Part shown: piece after piece, positions 47,285 through 55,326 of the stretch
How the letters are laid out: every line of letters starts with the position of its first letter
Position numbering within the stretch: the first letter of the stretch is position 1
From: Candidatus Fervidifonticultor sextus
Lineage (GTDB): Bacteria > Sysuimicrobiota > Sysuimicrobiia > Sysuimicrobiales > Humicultoraceae
DNA length: 64,000 nucleotides
Direction of reading: 5' to 3'
Assembly (NCBI GenBank): GCA_031459875.1
Contig: JAVKHQ010000010.1
Span: forward strand, 1 to 64,000
Position numbers and translations under genes: made by a program
The notes under the pieces: generated by a model
Told to the model about the DNA's origin: nothing
The model's database searches: none
Seen by the model: only the letters and a program-made list of their open reading frames with translations

Positions 47285-48652
47285 ATGGTGCTCATTCGCA
47301 AGGCGCCCCGGCGTGCGGCGCCTGTGGTTCTTTTTGTGCTCCTTCTGGCTTCACCGGTGGTCGGCCCGTCTGTGCGGCCCGCCTCAGGGCACATTGGCGA
47401 GGCGCCGTTCTCGTCGGTGGCCGCGCCGGTCGGCGTCGCGGCCACTCCCGGCAGGCTGCTCGTCACCACCCCCTTCTGCGGGAACCCGCGCCAGGTGCTC
47501 TCAATCGACAGTACCGGCGCGGCCCGCGTGTTCGCCACCCTGTCCCCGCGGGACGGCGGCTGTTTCGAGGAGTACATTGCGGTGGCTGCGCCGGCGGACC
47601 CCACCAGGCCCGGATTCCCCTCCCCGACGAGGGGCGGGTTCCCGTCGAACTACGCCTACGTCACACAGGGCCAGAATGTTGTCCAGATCGCGCTCGACGG
47701 AACCGTCTCGCCGTTTGCCGTGATTCCGGCCTGCGAGCCATCGCGCAACGGCATCACCTTCGACGACGCAGGCCTGTTCGGCTACAACATGATCGTGGCC
47801 TGCGCCAACGGCAAGATCTACAGGGTCACCGCCGCGGGCGTCACGAGTCTGATCACCGATGTCGCCGACAGGCTGGGCCTCAAGAGCGTCAGGATCGAGA
47901 ACCCCGACGTCGCCCCGATGGCGTTCGCCCCGTACGGCGGCCATCTCTTCGTGGCCGCGGAGCTCCTGGGCAAGGTGCTGGCCATCTCCCCCGCGGGGGA
48001 CGTGGCCGTCGTGGCCAGCTGGGCCGGGGCGGAAGGCGTCCACTTCGTCCCCGCCCAGAAGTGTGACTTCGGCACTTCCGGTGGGACGTTCTTCACAGCG
48101 TTGAAGGGCGTGGGGGGCCCGGGGGGCCTGATCAAGTTCCCCATGGCGGCGTTTGCCGGCAAGAGCGGGCGGGCGCTGGTGACCAGCGAGACCGGCGCGG
48201 GCATCGGCCTGCTGACCCCCACCGGCGCGCCTGTCATCGTCCCCACGCTCTTCCACGAGAACATCGGCCGCCACGAGGGATCCGCCTTCGTGGACTGCAC
48301 CACCCCCCTGCTGCTGCGGATCATCGTGAAGCCCGGGAGCATCCCCCACACCATCAACCCGAAAAGTTCCGGGACCGTACCGGTGGCGATCCTCTCCAGC
48401 CCGATCTTCAACGCGCTGACCCAGGTCGTCACCTCGTCGATCACCTTCGGGATGACGGGCATCGAGCGCAGCCTGGCCTCCTGCAACCGGTCCGGCCAGG
48501 ACGTCAATGGCGACGGCCTCCTGGACATGACCTGCCACTTCTTTGCCACCAGGTTGGGGATCACAACGAACGGCGTCTACCGCGGCCCACTGATCCTCAA
48601 ACTGAAGTACACCGCTCCGGGTGGCGATCCAGATGGAGAAGGGGCCGACTAG
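47285..48652 (+). CDS. secreted hypothetical protein (beta-propeller-like N-terminus, C-terminal domain with DxNxDG loop)
   Basis: signal-like N-terminus, PVGVAA/NGITFD/ENPDVA/EGVHF blades, IVKPGS.P.TINPKS.G.VPVAILS, DVNGDGLLD. Confidence 0.75.
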   Translation: MVLIRKAPRRAAPVVLFVLLLASPVVGPSVRPASGHIGEAPFSSVAAPVGVAATPGRLLVTTPFCGNPRQVLSIDSTGAARVFATLSPRDGGCFEEYIAVAAPADPTRPGFPSPTRGGFPSNYAYVTQGQNVVQIALDGTVSPFAVIPACEPSRNGITFDDAGLFGYNMIVACANGKIYRVTAAGVTSLITDVADRLGLKSVRIENPDVAPMAFAPYGGHLFVAAELLGKVLAISPAGDVAVVASWAGAEGVHFVPAQKCDFGTSGGTFFTALKGVGGPGGLIKFPMAAFAGKSGRALVTSETGAGIGLLTPTGAPVIVPTLFHENIGRHEGSAFVDCTTPLLLRIIVKPGSIPHTINPKSSGTVPVAILSSPIFNALTQVVTSSITFGMTGIERSLASCNRSGQDVNGDGLLDMTCHFFATRLGITTNGVYRGPLILKLKYTAPGGDPDGEGAD

Positions 48653-48656
48653 CGTC

Positions 48657-50078
48657 CTACGGCAACTCCTCCCACGCCGCCACCCAGGCCACGACCGGAG
48701 CGTCGTCCGGCACCTCGAGGCCCGGCGTGCCCAGCACGGCGGGGTCGTAGCGGATGACCGCGTCGCCTCCGAAATTGCGGAAACTGAACTCGGGGTCGGC
48801 CCCGAGCACCGCCCCGACCACATCCAGGCGCGCGTCCCTGCCGATATCGATTGACCGGTCGGCGTAGACCAGGCCGTGGGCGCGCAGCCGGGCGCCCAGC
48901 GTGGCCACCAGGGCGCCGTCGTCCAACACCAGCAACGCCGGGAGCGTCCGGGTGGAGGCCGAATGGGTGATCTCTAGGGAGGCCTCGCGGCCGAGGTAGA
49001 CGGTGCTTTCGGCGATCAGCGCGCCGTCTGCGATCTGCAACCGCTGACCGTCGACCAGGTAGAGTCCGGCCTGCAGGTAGACGACGCCGCGGAAGATCCC
49101 CGGCAGGCGCACGGCCCGCAGGTAGGCCAGGAGCAGTTCGAACTCGTTGCGCGAGTAGAGGCTGTCACGCTTCGCGGCCAGGTCGAGGTCGCCCGCATGT
49201 CGGCCCGCCGCAAAATTCAGGCGGGCGTTGGCGGTGTTGGCCGCGGCCAGCGTCCGGTAGTAGGCGCGGTTTACCTCCGGCAGGACGGGCAACTCCGCTT
49301 CGCGGATGACCACGCCTTCAACATAGACTCCCATGACGCGCAGCTGCTGCAGATCCACCCGCCGACCGTCGGGCCCCAGCGTCAGGCCGGCGCCGCGGGC
49401 GAGCAGCAGCCGGACCGGCCCGGGCCTCAGCGGGACCGCCGTGCCGCCGGCGCCTTCCGGGGCATCCAGGGGCCCCGGGCCTGCCTGGACGGCCCTGAAG
49501 GGATCGTTGATGGACACGCCGGTGGTGGCGAATCCGATGCCCGCGCCGGCGGCGATGTGGATCCACGGTCGGTCCCCGATGCCGGCCCCGTACGGCAGGA
49601 GGACCATCGCGGCCGGGGGCCGCTCGAGGAAGACGAAACTCGCCCCGTACAGCGCCGCCAGCAGCGAGGGCGGCGCGAGGTAGACCCGCGCCCGCACCCT
49701 GCGGATCATCCCCCCGGCTTCGCCGGCGCTGGTGACCCACACCCCGCCGCCGGGGGCGTCGATGATCGCGATCGTGAACCGGCCGTCAAACCCGCCGGCG
49801 CGCCACCCCTCGCCGTAGGCTGTGGGCCTCCAGGTGCGGCCCGACCTCACCCCGCCGGCGGCGGGCGTCTCCAGGATGCCGAGCGCCCGGTGCACCCCGG
49901 CCTCTGCGGCCGCCAGGGCCGCGGCCGACCGAAGGCGAGCCCCGGCCCGCGCCTGCTGCTGGCTGGTGAACCACACGAAGCTGAACGATGAACCAGAGAC
50001 GGCGAGGAGCATGAGAAGCACGATGAGCAGCGCGATGCCCCCCTCGCGCGCCGTCCGGAAGACGGCAAAGATTCTCAT
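48657..50078 (-). CDS. PilX N-terminal domain (pilus assembly-like) protein
   Basis: EGGIALLIVLLMLL prepilin-like TM, ALAAAEAGVHRAL, VTSAG, IRYDP near the C-terminus. Confidence 0.7.
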   Translation of the reverse strand: MRIFAVFRTAREGGIALLIVLLMLLAVSGSSFSFVWFTSQQQARAGARLRSAAALAAAEAGVHRALGILETPAAGGVRSGRTWRPTAYGEGWRAGGFDGRFTIAIIDAPGGGVWVTSAGEAGGMIRRVRARVYLAPPSLLAALYGASFVFLERPPAAMVLLPYGAGIGDRPWIHIAAGAGIGFATTGVSINDPFRAVQAGPGPLDAPEGAGGTAVPLRPGPVRLLLARGAGLTLGPDGRRVDLQQLRVMGVYVEGVVIREAELPVLPEVNRAYYRTLAAANTANARLNFAAGRHAGDLDLAAKRDSLYSRNEFELLLAYLRAVRLPGIFRGVVYLQAGLYLVDGQRLQIADGALIAESTVYLGREASLEITHSASTRTLPALLVLDDGALVATLGARLRAHGLVYADRSIDIGRDARLDVVGAVLGADPEFSFRNFGGDAVIRYDPAVLGTPGLEVPDDAPVVAWVAAWEELP

Positions 50079-50608
50079 GTCCTGCCCATCACGCAGTGAG
50101 ACAACGAGCCTGGGGATCGCCGCGGGAGTACTGAATAGGCGGCGTGTAGCCCAAAGCCGAGTGAGGCCGCGGGGCTCTGTCGAGTCACCCACAACCTGGA
50201 CTACGATCTGGACCGTACTTCGTCTTCCCAATTCCGTCGAACACCAACAACGCTCCGGACCGCGCAATCATGCGAAGACAGCCGTACTGCAGGCGGCGAT
50301 CTACACAACCAATGGCAACGCGGCCTATGTCAACCCCTAACTCCGCAAGTACTTCACCTTGAAACAGAGTGGCCGTGCCGGCCGTGGCGTGTGTACTGAT
50401 GGACGCGCCAGTCTCTCTGTGGCCGTGCAGCCGCCCGGAAAACTTTCATCTCGGTCGCCGAGCATGATAGCTTTACTCAAAGCTCAACCACCTCTACGCA
50501 GGGATCTATCCAAGGCTTGCGGACACGTACCGGACTCGATTCGCCGATTGTCTCAAGTGGAACCGCTAACTCCAACACCGACAGCAGACGGTCGAGCATG
50601 AGTTCTTG

Positions 50609-50995
50609 ATGCCGAAGGAAACCGCGCGTGACCCGAGGGAGCAGGACCCTCGCCGCCTGAGGGTGTGGCGTGCGGCCTGGACCGCGCCCGCCCTGGCCGG
50701 GCGGACCGGCATGCGGGTCAGCGCCCAGTGGATACGCCACTATCTGCATATGTGCGCGGGAACGCACCCTGGCGGCCGACGTGGACGGTGCGAAATCTGG
50801 CCCGTCGGGATCCTCAGTGCGCAGCAAAAAGGCCCGCGCCGAGGCGCTCACACGGAGCCCGCCGCCTCGGGTAGATCTGTACGTCGAGGATGAAACGGAG
50901 CTGGCCTTGCCGCCCACCCTCACCCGCTGCTGGACGCGGCGGGGGGCAGCAGGGGAAGATCCCGGCTCCGGGGACCAATCGGGCCCGCGGGCGGC
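50609..50995 (+). mobile_element. IS630-family transposase remnant (frameshifted)
   Basis: fragments in different frames: WTAPALA...VSAQWIRHYLH, WRPTWTV...RDPQ..AK, DLYVEDETELAL.PTLTRCW..RG, KIPAPGTN. Confidence 0.7.
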
Positions 50996-51110
50996 AGGCC
51001 CTCGTCCTCCCGACAATGCCGCGTTCCATCGGCCTGACAAATCGCCGCAGGTCGCGGCGCGCCTGCGCCGGCATGGCCCCTGAAGAAGCGCCCGAACGTC
51101 TCTTGGGCAA

Positions 51111-51779
51111 TCAGCTCTCCGGAGGGCTCCCTGGTGGGTAGGCCCGTCCGTCGATCACCAGCCAGACCCCTGCGGTGGCGGCTTCCCGGCTGGCATCGGC
51201 CGTAGCGCGCTCCCCGGCCACCGCCGCCAGCGCCGGCATGGCGGCGATTCGCTGGAGCAGCCGTGCCCGGCGAGCCGCCCGTTTCACGTCGTGTGCGTCC
51301 ACCACCGCGGAGACCTCGGCGACGAGGTAGCACTCTTCGTCGCCATCGCGGCGCCGCCCGCGGATGACCAGGTCGGCCTGCAAGAGATCCGCGTGCTCGT
51401 CCAGCGCAAGAAGGGCGCGCCCCTCGGCGTCCTCGGCCATCGCGGCCAGCTCCGCCCGGGGCACCAGGTGGATCGCCCGCAGGATCCTCAGGAAATAGGC
51501 GTGCGCCTTCTCCCGATAGTCGAGCTCGAGCACCCTGCCGCGCACGTCTCCCACGATGCCTGCAAGACGGGACACCTGGACCACCAGTTCGCTCAATTGC
51601 GCGGCCAGGGTGTCCACCCGCGCGGCCAACGCGTCCACCCGCGCGGTCAGTGCCTCCAGCCGCTGCTCCGTCCGCCGCTGGGCCTCGGCCAGCGCGCGCA
51701 GCTCTGCTTGCGTCTCGGCCTGGGCCTCAGCCAGCCGCTGGAGAGCTACCTCGAGCCTGTCCACGCGCGCTTCCAGCAC
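51111..51779 (-). CDS. coiled-coil protein with a C-terminal PD-(D/E)XK-like domain
   Basis: heptad repeats (RVDALAA), then ADLVIRGR...YLVAEVS.VVD.HDVKRA.RRA; GAGGGAG RBS before GTG. Confidence 0.7.
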   Translation of the reverse strand: MLEARVDRLEVALQRLAEAQAETQAELRALAEAQRRTEQRLEALTARVDALAARVDTLAAQLSELVVQVSRLAGIVGDVRGRVLELDYREKAHAYFLRILRAIHLVPRAELAAMAEDAEGRALLALDEHADLLQADLVIRGRRRDGDEECYLVAEVSAVVDAHDVKRAARRARLLQRIAAMPALAAVAGERATADASREAATAGVWLVIDGRAYPPGSPPES

Positions 51780-51838
51780 ATCCGCTCCCTCTAATCTATC
51801 GTCGATGCTAGCACAGTTACTCGGGGGGCTCAAACTCC

Positions 51839-52198
51839 TTGATCGAAGCGAGTTCCAGAAGACTCGCAGGGGCCTCTCGGGCAGGAAGCACCTTTGCCCG
51901 CAAGGGCGGCGCCTGGCAGCTCGTGGCCATCGAGTGGGTGTTCCCGAGTCGCCCCGCGACCCCGCCGCTGCAGGGCGCGGAGTACGCCTCGTTTGGTGCA
52001 GCGTGCCACTACGCCGACGGCTCGTTCATCGAAACCGCTGCGGAGGCCAGGTGCGGGAGGACCAACCCGCAGACCGGGGCTGCGTTCGGCTTCTGGCACG
52101 GCCCGCTGGTGACCCTGCACCTGTGGATCTGGTACCCGAACCCCAACGGCATCTTCGGAGAGTTCAACCCGTTGCTGACGCCGTTCAACAACGAGTAG
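51839..52198 (+). pseudogene. probable 5'-truncated C-terminal half of an exported hypothetical protein
   Basis: coding-like only from about WQLVAIEWVFP to LHLWIWYPNPNGIFGEFNPLL; no RBS or convincing start. Confidence 0.55.
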
Positions 52199-52542
52199 AT
52201 GCGCTGGATGATGCTCGTGCTCGCCTCGGCGTTGGCCGCCTGGTCCCCTCAGCCGGCCGATGCCGGGGCGGCTCGCGCTGTCCTGAGGGCACCGACCTGC
52301 ACAGACGCCTGATGAAGGCGTCAGGTGGTGAGGGACGCGACGACGCGGTCGCCGAAGGCCGCGGTGGAGAGGGCCGGCAGGCCCGCCCGCGAGGTCAGGC
52401 GTCCGTCCCCCGGCCGCGGTGACGCGCTCCCCGGCTGTCAGCGCCAGTGGTAAACTCCTCATAACGCCGAAGTAAGAGTCCTCACCTCAACAGAATCAGG
52501 GTCACCAAATCCGTGGCTTGGAGGAGGTGCCCCGACTGCTGC

Positions 52543-52810
52543 GAGGGGTCCGAGGGCCAGTCAAAATTCCATGAGCAGCCCCAGTCATCACTGCGCCACC
52601 AGTCTGTCGTTCCCCTTCATCATGCTGCGCTGCAACGCCGTGCGCAGTTGCGGCAGCGCACAGTAGCCGCGCAGCCGCGTACGTCGGCTGCCGATAGGCG
52701 TCGTGTAGCTTGGCCCGCCAGGTGGCCCGAAGATGGTTAACGAGGTAGGCGACCACATTCTCCTGTCCGCCAGGCTCCGTCCACAGATCTCTCGCGCCGC
52801 CATCCACAAA
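52543..52810 (-). mobile_element. IS256-family transposase remnant with probable right end
   Basis: ENVVAYL...RATWRAKLHDAYRQPTYAAA fragment, then GGAATTTTGACTGGCCCTCGGACCCCTC resembling an IS256 terminus. Confidence 0.55.
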
Positions 52811-52864
52811 GCGCAGGAGGCGGGGTCACCCCCGCCTCCCCTCGAGCCTCCCACGGGAAAGAGC

Positions 52865-54319
52865 CTACGCGTCGTAGTACAGGTAGAACTCGGACGGATG
52901 CGGCCGCAGCCGGATGAAGTCCACGTCCTTCTTGCGCTTCGTCTCGATGTAGGTCTCGATGAGATCCTCGGTGAAGACACCGCCTTCCAGCAGGAAGCCG
53001 TGGTCCTTCTCCAGCGCGGCGAGCGCCGCGTCCAGCGATCCCGGGACCTGCTTCACCTTCGCCGCCTTGGACGGCGGCAGCTCGTAGAGGTCCACGTCCA
53101 TCGGCTCGCCGGGGTCGATCCGGTTCTTGATTCCGTCCAGCCCCGCCATGGTCATGGCCGCAAACGCGAGATACGGGTTGCAGGTCGGGTCCGGCGGTCG
53201 GTACTCGATCCGCACCGCCTTCGGGTTGGACGAGTAGACGGGGATGCGCACCGCCGCGCTGCGGTTCCGCTTGGAGTAGACCAGGTTGACCGGCGCCTCG
53301 AACCCCGGCACCAGCCGGCGGTAGGAGTTGGTCGTCGGCGCGCACAGCGCCAGCAGCGCCGGGGAATGCCGGAGCAGCCCGCCGATGTACCAGCGCGCGA
53401 TCTCGCTGGTGTTCGCGTAGCCGTTCGGATCGTAGAAGATGTTCCGGCCGTCCTTCCACAGGCTCTGGTGCGTGTGCATCCCCGACCCGTTGTCGCCAAA
53501 GAGCGGCTTGGGCATGAACGTCGCCGTCTTGAAGTGCGAGCGGGCCAGCATCTTGACCAGGTACTTGTAGAGCTGCATCTGGTCGGCCATGCGGGTCAGG
53601 CCCTTGTAGCGCATGTCGATCTCGCACTGCCCGGCCGTGGCGACCTCGTGGTGGTGCACCTCGACCTCGATGCCGGCCTCCTGCATCTTGAGCACGAGTT
53701 CGCTGCGGAAGTCCTGCAGGCTGTCCGAGGGCGGGACCGGGAAGTACCCTTCCTTGTAGCGCGGCTTGTAGGCCAGGTTGGGCTTCTCTTCGCGGCCGGA
53801 GTTCCAGGCCCCCTCGTTGCTGTCCACGAAGTAGAAGGCCGCGTTGGTGGTCTGGTCGAAGCGGACGTCGTCGAAGACGAAGAACTCGGCCTCAGGCCCG
53901 AAGTACGCATCGGTGGCGATCCCGGACGCCTTGATGTACTCCTCCGCCTTCTGGGCCACGTAGCGCGGGTCGCGGGTGTAGCGACCGCGCGTGACGGGGT
54001 CGTACACGTCGCACGTCAGGAGCATGGTGGTCACGCGGCTGAGGGGGTCGATGACCGCGCTGCCCGGATCCGCCAGCAGGATCATGTCGCTCTCGTGGAT
54101 GTGCTGGAAGCCGCGGATGCTGCTGCCGTCGAAGCCGATCCCCTCCTCGAAGAGGTCGGGGGTGAGCTCCCTGACCGGAATCGAGAAGTGCTGCCACATC
54201 CCGAAGAGATCGGTGAAGCGCAGATCGACGATCTGCACCCCCAGCTCCCGCGCCATCTCCATCACCTTCGTCGGGCTGGCGGCGACACCGGCGGAAGGAC
54301 GATCACCGACTATGGCCAT
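52865..54319 (-). CDS. glnA: type I glutamine synthetase
   Basis: FDGSSIRGF, GPEAEFF, HHEVATAGQCE, TFMPKPLFGDNGSGMH, NSYRRLVPGFEAP, NRSAAVRIP, DLYEL adenylylation loop. Confidence 0.98.
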   Translation of the reverse strand: MAIVGDRPSAGVAASPTKVMEMARELGVQIVDLRFTDLFGMWQHFSIPVRELTPDLFEEGIGFDGSSIRGFQHIHESDMILLADPGSAVIDPLSRVTTMLLTCDVYDPVTRGRYTRDPRYVAQKAEEYIKASGIATDAYFGPEAEFFVFDDVRFDQTTNAAFYFVDSNEGAWNSGREEKPNLAYKPRYKEGYFPVPPSDSLQDFRSELVLKMQEAGIEVEVHHHEVATAGQCEIDMRYKGLTRMADQMQLYKYLVKMLARSHFKTATFMPKPLFGDNGSGMHTHQSLWKDGRNIFYDPNGYANTSEIARWYIGGLLRHSPALLALCAPTTNSYRRLVPGFEAPVNLVYSKRNRSAAVRIPVYSSNPKAVRIEYRPPDPTCNPYLAFAAMTMAGLDGIKNRIDPGEPMDVDLYELPPSKAAKVKQVPGSLDAALAALEKDHGFLLEGGVFTEDLIETYIETKRKKDVDFIRLRPHPSEFYLYYDA

Positions 54320-54358
54320 GCCTCTTCCCTCCCTACTCCCCGCCACAGGGGCGGGGTG

Positions 54359-54393
54359 AAAATAGACACGGCGCCCCTCGCAGGGGCGCCGTG
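54359..54393 (-). terminator. terminator-like hairpin in the glnA 5' leader
   Basis: CACGGCGCCCCT-GCG-AGGGGCGCCGTG followed by TCTATTTT, between promoter and RBS. Confidence 0.7.
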
Positions 54394-54423
54394 GCCCAAC
54401 CGCGGTTCTATGCGCTTGGCCGT

Positions 54424-54452
54424 ACTATAGCAGGCTGACCTGTAGCCGTCAA
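54424..54452 (-). promoter_or_regulatory. glnA sigma70 promoter
   Basis: TTGACG-N17-TATAGT with extended TG. Confidence 0.85.
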
Positions 54453-54459
54453 CGGGCCT

Positions 54460-54491
54460 GGGGTCTTGGGGTCTTGGGGGTCTTGGGTCTT
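54460..54491 (+). repeat. (G3-5 TCTT) x4 short tandem repeat
   Basis: GGGG TCTT GGGG TCTT GGGGG TCTT GGG TCTT. Confidence 0.85.
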
Positions 54492-54536
54492 CGGGTCGGC
54501 GGGGGTCCGGCGGGAGACTTCGCCCCGGGTCGCCCC

Positions 54537-55034
54537 TCAAACGTCGCCGGGAGCGGCCCGCCGGATCCACGGGACCCGGTCGAACGCGCTGTCAGCAGAG
54601 GCCAGCAGCGTGATGTCCCCTGCTTGCATGTAGAGGGGGATGAGCGAATCGTTGACGAGGAGCCCGTAGACCTGTCGGTACTCCTGGCTCTTTGCAAGGA
54701 AATCACCAGGGAGCACCAGCGTCCCGACCCCCATCTGGGGGATCTTCATGGTGGAGAAGTGGTATTTGAACAGCCGCTTGACGAGAGCGGGGCGCCGGGC
54801 CAGATGGGCGGCAGGGTTGCGCGCGGGCTGCAACCCGCGCTCCAAGGCTTCGAGCAGCATGAGGCGATGCGCGACTTCCTGGAGAATCGTTTGCCCGGTC
54901 GAAGCCTGGAGGTCGCCGCTCTCCACCCGACTGAGGAACGCGGTGCACTCCTCGGATTGCCCGGCGAAGTGATAGATGAAGATGTTGGCATCGACAAACA
55001 CGGGGCCCGGCCGGGGGATCTCAGTCAGTCTCAT
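54537..55034 (-). CDS. vapC: PIN-domain (VapC-like) toxin
   Basis: VFVDANIFIYH, ILQEVAHRL, YGLLVNDSL, LASADSAFDRV. Confidence 0.9.
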   Translation of the reverse strand: MRLTEIPRPGPVFVDANIFIYHFAGQSEECTAFLSRVESGDLQASTGQTILQEVAHRLMLLEALERGLQPARNPAAHLARRPALVKRLFKYHFSTMKIPQMGVGTLVLPGDFLAKSQEYRQVYGLLVNDSLIPLYMQAGDITLLASADSAFDRVPWIRRAAPGDV

Positions 55035-55251
55035 AGAGATCCTCTTCCAGGACTGTGCGCAGCGTCTTGGCGGATGCGCGGAACGTCCCCCGGGTTTCCT
55101 TCACCACGGAAGCACCTGACAGCCGGCCAGCCAGGAACCGTTCCAGCGCTTCAGCGATGACCTCATTCAGGCTGCGGCCTTCCAGACGTGCCAGGGCCTT
55201 GGCCTTCAAGTAGAGGCCTTCGTCGAGGGTCGTGCCCACTTTCCGCTTCAC
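55021..55251 (-). CDS. RHH-type antitoxin
   Basis: KRKVGTTLDEGLYLKAKALARLEGRSLNEVIAEALERFL; overlaps the PIN gene start. Confidence 0.85.
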   Translation of the reverse strand: MKRKVGTTLDEGLYLKAKALARLEGRSLNEVIAEALERFLAGRLSGASVVKETRGTFRASAKTLRTVLEEDLYETD

Positions 55252-55271
55252 CGAGAGGTCCCTCCTGTCCG

Positions 55272-55324
55272 ATCCTAGGCGCCCGGAGCCTAGCCGTCAA
55301 GATGACTGTCTAGATTTCTAGACA
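55272..55324 (-). promoter_or_regulatory. TA promoter and operator palindrome
   Basis: TTGACG-N17-TAGGAT; TGTCTAGA-TT-TCTAGACA perfect inverted repeat at 55307-55324. Confidence 0.75.
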
Positions 55325-55326
55325 CT

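Noticed and set aside
50080..50600. Possible c-di-GMP riboswitch or further attC sites upstream of the PilX-like gene
   Set aside because: No GEMM consensus or paired R''/R' palindrome could be found by eye.
54320..54420. Glutamine (glnA-motif) riboswitch in the glnA leader
   Set aside because: The conserved ATCGTT...GGAAG...GAAGGAACG pattern of that aptamer is not present; reported instead as an attenuator candidate.
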